Position numbers and translations under genes: made by a program
The notes under the pieces: generated by a model
The model's database searches: none
What the model was told of the DNA's origin: nothing
The model's input: only the letters and a program-made list of their open reading frames with translations
Assembly (NCBI GenBank): GCA_951406725.2
Contig: OX597818.1
Coordinates: 6,510,001-6,574,000 of the forward strand
Direction: 5' to 3'
DNA length: 64,000 nucleotides
From: Octopus vulgaris
Taxonomy: Eukaryota
Shown here: one piece after another, positions 54,201 through 64,000 of the stretch
Numbering within the stretch: position 1 is the first letter of the stretch
Layout: each line of letters opens with the position of its first letter

Positions 54201-55367
54201 GTTGCCGTTTTCTAATCTTTTCACCACATAGGATCGTTGAGATTTTCGCGGATGCATAGTATAGGTGGTTGAGATCTGTGATATCAACATCATTAGCTGA
54301 AATTATATCCTTAAGTGCAAGCCGGATTTTACCAATTATTTTCATGTTTTGGTTAGAGTTGCGGATTTTAGGTAGTGTATCGCGTTCATCCATGTTGGTT
54401 CCTTTAATTTTCAGCCATTCAATCATGATTTGATTTTTTAGCTCATGTAGTTCTGTTGGGTCAATATTTGTGTGACTTTCTTTATCTATTTGATGTTCAT
54501 CTGTCTTAGTGTTTATGATTGTTTCAGGAAGTATTTCACTTTGCCTATCACTTATACTAACTCTTTCAATCCTTACTTAGTTTTTATCAGCCCTGGGCTG
54601 GTCTATAATTATTTCCTCTGTATTATCTTCTCTAGCTGCAGCTTCGTTCATTTTATCCGTTACTGCTTGTCTAACTTGATCAATCTCTACTTCAGTCAGT
54701 AATTTTTTTTAATAATGTTTCTTCTGACGTTGGCAAGTTTGTTACTGTCTACGTAGGGTCTTGCTTCAGGATGTTTCTGTCTCCAGTTTAAGTATGTTTG
54801 TACAGTGTTAGATTTGTATGTGGGGAAATATATGGCATGGTAGAAGGCCGCAAGAACTTCTTTATTATCTTCCCTAGACCATTTTTCCTTCTTTTTCTTT
54901 TGATTATTTGGCGACGATCATGGATGGCCATCTGTTGAAATATTCCGGTTGTGGGGTACGTCCAGCTCCTGTGTGTTGGGAAGAATTGATCCAGTAGCTG
55001 ATTTTCAATCAGAATTTGGTTCAATTTTCGGGTACGTGGTCTTTTGTAATCCGTGCGTTGACCATTGCGGTTTGTAGTTTGTTTTGTTGACATTGAAGCA
55101 TGACGAGCTTCCACTCTTACATTAGGAGATTGATCTGTCAGTTTAGGGTTCTCTACACGTAAACATTGCTCGTAGCGCAGCTTCTTAAGGCTAGCAGATC
55201 TGTATTCGTCTGTATTATTTTTGTTGATAGTTTTATCTCCGAACGTAGTTTTTTTCCCCCTTTCTTACCTTTTTTCCCCCTCCTCTTTTAAACTTATAAA
55301 AGGTTCACTCTGCCTGTATTAGTTCGAAAAAATGAGAATAAAATACTGGGGAAAAAGGATCTGTCAG
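51277..55367 (-). mobile_element. R4/Dong-type LINE family 1, near full length, inactivated
   Basis: WKSPGKD, GIFQGDSLSPLLF, YMDD near 53000, FGLDKCA and CRVC..ETIDH..RHD. Trinucleotide tracts at both ends. Confidence 0.92.
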
Positions 55368-55376
55368 TTATTATTG

Positions 55377-55472
<96 letters not shown>

Positions 55473-55523
55473 TTATTACTATTATTATTATCATCATCAC
55501 CATCAGCATCATCATCATCATCG

Positions 55524-55574
<51 letters not shown>

Positions 55575-55808
55575 ATGATATTGTTTTATGTGTAGTCACA
55601 GCAGTATCATATTATTGTTATTTTTGTTTTTATCATTATCACCATCACCACCACTATGACCATTGTTTGGGGAAGTAGTTGGTAATGAGGTCATGCTATA
55701 TGGGTCTATAAATAGATTCAGCAGATGGTGGAGAGATAGCCCAAGAGACAAAGGACATTAATGGACAGGAGAGGTCAAACCTGTTTACTTTTTTTTCTTT
55801 CCCTTTCC

Positions 55809-59088
<3,280 letters not shown>

Positions 59089-59090
59089 AC

Positions 59091-59168
<78 letters not shown>

Positions 59169-59307
59169 TACTATTACTATTACTATTATTATTATTATTA
59201 CTATTACTATTACTATTATTATTATTATTATCATCATCATCATCATCATCATCATCCTCATCCTCATCATCATCGTCATCATTATTATTATTATTATTAA
59301 TATTATT

Positions 59308-59835
59308 ATGTGAAAGAGCAGTGCATGCCATCAAAGTGACACTGGGGTAAAATATACGAAGCCCAGTATACCCATCATGACTCACCTCCTGATAAGGGTA
59401 CACTAGGCACATGCATCACAACCATATATGCGCGACATCGTCATCTCATATCAAGATAAACAGCACATGACCTTGCAGGTGGGGCCGAGTTAGAATGTTT
59501 TTCTGGTCGAGTAACCCATCCCGTTCAAAAGGTCCCTAAATAAGGGTTGTTTAAAGATGTTGAACAAAACACCCATGTTTCTAGATAAGAAATATTCAGT
59601 CCCCAAGAATCCTTCTCAACACATGGCTTTGATGCTTCCCCACTACCTCTGCTCGTGATCAGAGATGCACATATTGTCAGCCATGGTAAACTGGTCAAGG
59701 TCAAACAACTGGCAAGCAAATCTGTGGTATTGAGCAGAATATTTGCTGTAGCCGATCTGTTATACCAGGACAAAACAATGTACATGATAACCCTTCAAAT
59801 CAGTTAAGATCAGTAGCCATGAGAACCACAGCCTG

Positions 59836-59838
<3 letters not shown>
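59308..59838 (-). mobile_element. Non-coding ~530-bp retroposon-like insert within (TAA)n
   Basis: Complex, more GC-rich block with sharp edges, flanked by (ATT)n on both sides. No tRNA boxes or ORF recognised. Strand is inferred from the (TAA)n 3' tail. Confidence 0.5.
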
Positions 59839-59870
<32 letters not shown>

Positions 59871-60518
59871 GATCTCAAATACTCCTGTAATCCTATATGG
59901 TTAAAGTCGATATATTTAGAATAATCCAATGGAATAATTCTCTAAATTCTTATATGAAAATTATTATAAGTTTTATATGCTAACCTTGAAGAACTAAACG
60001 TGAGCTAACTGTGGTAACCACCCGGAGAAATCCCTTAGTAATTACGTATATGTGTGAATGTGCGTGTAACTGTGTATGTGTGTGTGGATCAAAACAGTTT
60101 GATTCAATTTCGTTGGTATTCCGAGTTTCAAGCATGATGCTAATATATTCAGCCATTTTGAATTTGAACAAAAGTGGCTGAGTGTTATTACAGTAAATTG
60201 GGTTGCGACTGGTTGAGGAACGTGACGTAGATTAGTGTTTTAGTATTGGTATACTAGTGATAATAATTTACTTGGAGAATACCGCATGGTGAACAGGATA
60301 TCAACCGCATTGTGGATAGGAAATGGGTCGCGTGGATGGAGGTTTAGTAGAAAAGGGTGGTGTGTGCAAGAATATATCTGCATATCTGAGTGTATGAACG
60401 TGCTTATATGGTTACACGTGTATCTCTGTATTTCTGCGAGGGTGTGCAGAAGCACGTCACTACACACACATACACGAATGAAAATGTGCGCATATATATA
60501 TAAGTATATATGTATATA

Positions 60519-60578
<60 letters not shown>

Positions 60579-60602
60579 TATATGTATATATGTATATATA
60601 CA

Positions 60603-60649
<47 letters not shown>

Positions 60650-60717
60650 TATATATCACGGGATTGCTTTGGAACGTAAGAACCGCAATAGTCGAGGGAT
60701 TACTGTATATGTATGCG

Positions 60718-60749
<32 letters not shown>

Positions 60750-60752
60750 TAC

Positions 60753-60817
<65 letters not shown>

Positions 60818-60996
60818 ATTACTAAGAAACAGCAAAAATATCACATAAAATTGTTATTCAGAGTTTTACGGGACCATGAACCTCGGAGTAACAGATTAGT
60901 TGATATTTTTGCTGCTTTTTAATAAAGCACATTACTCAACCTTTGGTATTCGAGTAATATATTTTCAAACTTGTTTCGCATTTATTTTTTTACACT

Positions 60997-61069
<73 letters not shown>

Positions 61070-61071
61070 CA

Positions 61072-61217
61072 TAGTCTGATATAATCTGATATGATATTTC
61101 GGAATAACATTCCTTCTTCGAACATTCTTAGAGTCGCTGCTATAATCGGGTAAACAGCGACACCATCTAAGATTACCTAAAGAAGGAATGTTATTTCGAA
61201 ATATCTTATCAGACTAT
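61072..61217. repeat. Fold-back mini-element with hammerhead-like arm
   Basis: gatatttcggaataacattccttctt / aagaaggaatgttatttcgaaatatc, plus outer tagtctgata / tatcagacta. Confidence 0.75.
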
Positions 61218-61295
61218 GGATGACAAAATTTCAACAGGTATATAGCCCATTGTCTGTATTATAGTGCAATGTTGTACCATCCAAAACATTTTATT

Positions 61296-61356
<61 letters not shown>

Positions 61357-61504
61357 CATACATTCATATATACATATATATATGTATATATAGCCACACA
61401 CACATATACACATATAAATCTATGTATATATACATGTATATATACATATATATGAATATATACATATATATGCATATGTATTTATATATATATATATACA
61501 CATA

Positions 61505-62380
61505 TCTTTGGTGTTATGAGCGTTTTCATTGACCTCTCTCTCAACAACGCTCCTCATATGATAGTCCAAATGGATTGAGATCTGGGGAATTAGGATTTCA
61601 AATGGTAGAGGTTATGTGATCATGAAAATTTTATGCCATCCGTTCTTATGTTACTAGACCCATCTGTGTTAGTGAAGAGTTATACTGAAACACATATTTC
61701 TTTCCATTGCATACAGTGACTATTGAGGGCTTAACAATTATTTCCATGACCTCGATGTAGGCGGCAGTGTTAACTCTAAGACCTTGTGGAAAGGAACTAG
61801 GAGTTACCACATCCTTCATTGCTGACAACCCCTGAAACCATGGTAGTTGCAGTAAATTTTGTATGAATAACACTTGGTACTTCAGAAGTATCTGTGCATA
61901 ACCATCTATTATTTCTTCTGTTAACTTTTTCATCTCAGTCGAAGTTTTTCTCGTTTGAGAGAAACCAAATTAAATCTTCTGTTGGATTTTTCAGTTTGTT
62001 TAAGGACCTTTCAGATCTGGTGTAGTGATTTTCTTCTGCTCTTTCTGACAAATTGACCTTTCCTCGTCATATACGACTTATATCTGATGTCCTCGTCAAC
62101 AACATTTCTGAGTGTTCCTTCTAACACATGGAGATCTTTTGCAATTGACCTCATGGACTTTCTAGGAATGTAATCAATGGTCACTTGAACTTGTTAGCTA
62201 AATTCAGACGTTCTGATTATTTCAGAGCGTTTAGAATGCTTCTTATGCTTTGATACTGGTGATACGTTTCCATATTCAGTCACTAACTCCTTACAAACTT
62301 TGTAGATGAAAGATCTGGCAAATTTTAAAAATCGAGATATTCATATCTTGAATAAGCTGATGTTCTCGGATAGCTTACGC
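61505..62380 (-). mobile_element. Decayed maT/DD37D-like Tc1/mariner transposase fragment
   Basis: MRSIAKDLHVLEGTLRNVVDEDIRYKSY, GLRVNTAAYIEVME..YVFQ and NPNSPDLNP. Confidence 0.8.
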
Positions 62381-62471
<91 letters not shown>

Positions 62472-62665
62472 TTAATCAATATATTCATAATTAATCAATA
62501 TATTGATTAATTATGAATTTTCTGTTTAATTCCGTAATGGAATCGGCAGCTTATATTTGCTGCCGATAAATTTGGCGCGAGTGCGATGATTTGAAAATTT
62601 TAGGTCAGATATTGCCGAGACAGTAGTGGAACTGCCTCGTGAAAATATCTGCCCCGATCTGGCTG

Positions 62666-62768
62666 ACTTTACTGATGAATCTACTGGCCTATGGAAGATT
62701 AGCTTGATTTAATTTAATCAGGTTGATTTACCATTAAAGATTAGACGAAACGATGCATCGTATAAAGT
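62666..62768 (+). ncRNA. Type I hammerhead ribozyme, copy 1
   Basis: acttta-CTGATGA-atcta..(long)..tagac-GAAA-CGATGCATCG-TA-taaagt. 6-bp stem I, 12-nt palindromic stem III, predicted cut after 62762. Confidence 0.8.
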
Positions 62769-63162
62769 ATTACAGGGTAAATGTTTTTTAAATTTTCTCC
62801 TGGTTTACGGAATTAATATTGTTTTGCGGTTGAAGCCTTGGCTGTTATTTCTAGTGGGTTGAATGGCCTATTATGGCCGTTCCTTAATTTTGCTGTTGAA
62901 TTTATAAATGGTCTATGACTATTTACTTTTTTCCCACTAGGCCGCTGGTGGCAAAAAAATTCTCCGAAATTTTTTGCCACCCTATATTGATTAATTATAT
63001 TGATTAATTATGAATTTTCTGTTTAATTCCGTAATGGAATCAGCAGCTTATATTTGCTGCCGATAAATTTGGCGCGAGTGCGATGATTTGAAAATTTTAG
63101 GTCAGATATTGCCGAGACAGTAGTGGAACTGCCTCGTAAAAATATCTGCCCCGATCTGGTTG

Positions 63163-63265
63163 ACTTTACTGATGAATCTACTGGCCTATGGAAGATTAGC
63201 TTGATTTAATTTAATCAGGTTGATTTACCATTAACGATTAGACGAAACGATGCATCGTATAAAGT
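63163..63265 (+). ncRNA. Type I hammerhead ribozyme, copy 2
   Basis: Same motif 497 nt downstream; predicted cut after 63259. Confidence 0.8.
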
Positions 63266-63395
63266 ATTACAGGGTAAATGTTTTTTAAATTTTCTCCTGG
63301 TTTACGGAATTAATATTGTTTTGCGGTTGAAGCCTTGGCTGTTATTTCTAGTGGGTTGAATAGCCTATTATGGCCGTTCCTTAATTTTGCTGTTG

Positions 63396-63488
<93 letters not shown>

Positions 63489-63499
63489 GTAGAAGTTTG

Positions 63500-63812
63500 A
63501 AAAGATACAAACGAGTTGATATATATGAAAAACAAGTCAAGATAGAAAATCCTAAAATAATTTTATAGAAACATTTCAGTACCGGTTTCAGTCATTGAGA
63601 CTTTTTCAACAGTACGTATAGAAAACATATAAATTTTGGAAAAATTAAAAGAAAAGATTTTTAAAAGAATATTTGCATAGTACTTTTCTTTTAATTTTTC
63701 TTTTAATGTTTTCAAAATTTAATTGTGCAGTTGAAAAGTCTCAATGACTGAAACCGGTAGTGAAATGTTTCTTATAAAATTATTTTAGCATTTTCTATCT
63801 TGACTTTTTTTC

Positions 63813-63815
<3 letters not shown>
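63500..63815. mobile_element. Fold-back of the Penelope pseudo-LTR end (same family as 27749-30275)
   Basis: Shares cgagttgatatatatgaaaaa.caagtcaa.atagaaaat.ctaa and cagtaccggtttc with 27768-27875. The arms are inverted, with U3-A8 hammerhead motifs at 63577-63613 (-) and 63728-63762 (+). Confidence 0.85.
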
Positions 63816-63885
<70 letters not shown>

Positions 63886-64000
63886 AAATTTAGCCTTAAA
63901 TTTACTGCATAGTGATCTGAAATATTAGATTGCAGTTTTCCCACCCTGAAGATGGAGGCTGAATTGTGGGTTATATTTATATGCATACACTACAGGTTGC

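Larger units (their letters stand above)
62501..63395 (+). repeat. 398-bp near-identical direct repeats, period 497 bp
   Basis: 62501-62898 matches 62998-63395 with a few substitutions. The 99-bp spacer holds the hairpin ggtggcaaaaaa../..ttttttgccacc. Flanked by (TA)n. Confidence 0.95.

Overview
Eukaryotic, AT-rich and dense in microsatellites and repeats. The SINE families and repeat landscape look like an octopus (coleoid cephalopod) genome; this is inference. No intact host gene is evident, so the window is probably intergenic or intronic, and most listed ORFs are microsatellite artefacts or transposon debris. Contents: (1) two full-length but frameshifted mariner (DD34D) copies, plus decayed Tc1, maT/DD37D-like, pogo/Tigger and MITE remnants; (2) six R4/Dong-type RLE-endonuclease LINEs of three families, all within (TAA)n tracts; (3) an RTE LINE, CR1-like fragments, and a Neptune-type Penelope element with inverted pseudo-LTRs; (4) several tRNA-derived SINE families and a 7SL retrocopy lacking helix 8. 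The most striking unannotated layer is roughly a dozen type I hammerhead ribozyme motifs. They include a tRNA-head/(TAA)n/hammerhead-tail SINE whose internal microsatellite acts as a landing pad for other retroelements, a 497-nt tandem retrozyme-like unit with two near-intact hammerheads, and a recurrent U3-A8 compensatory core variant in Penelope pseudo-LTRs. All folds and alignments were done by eye, and coordinates of decayed elements are approximate.
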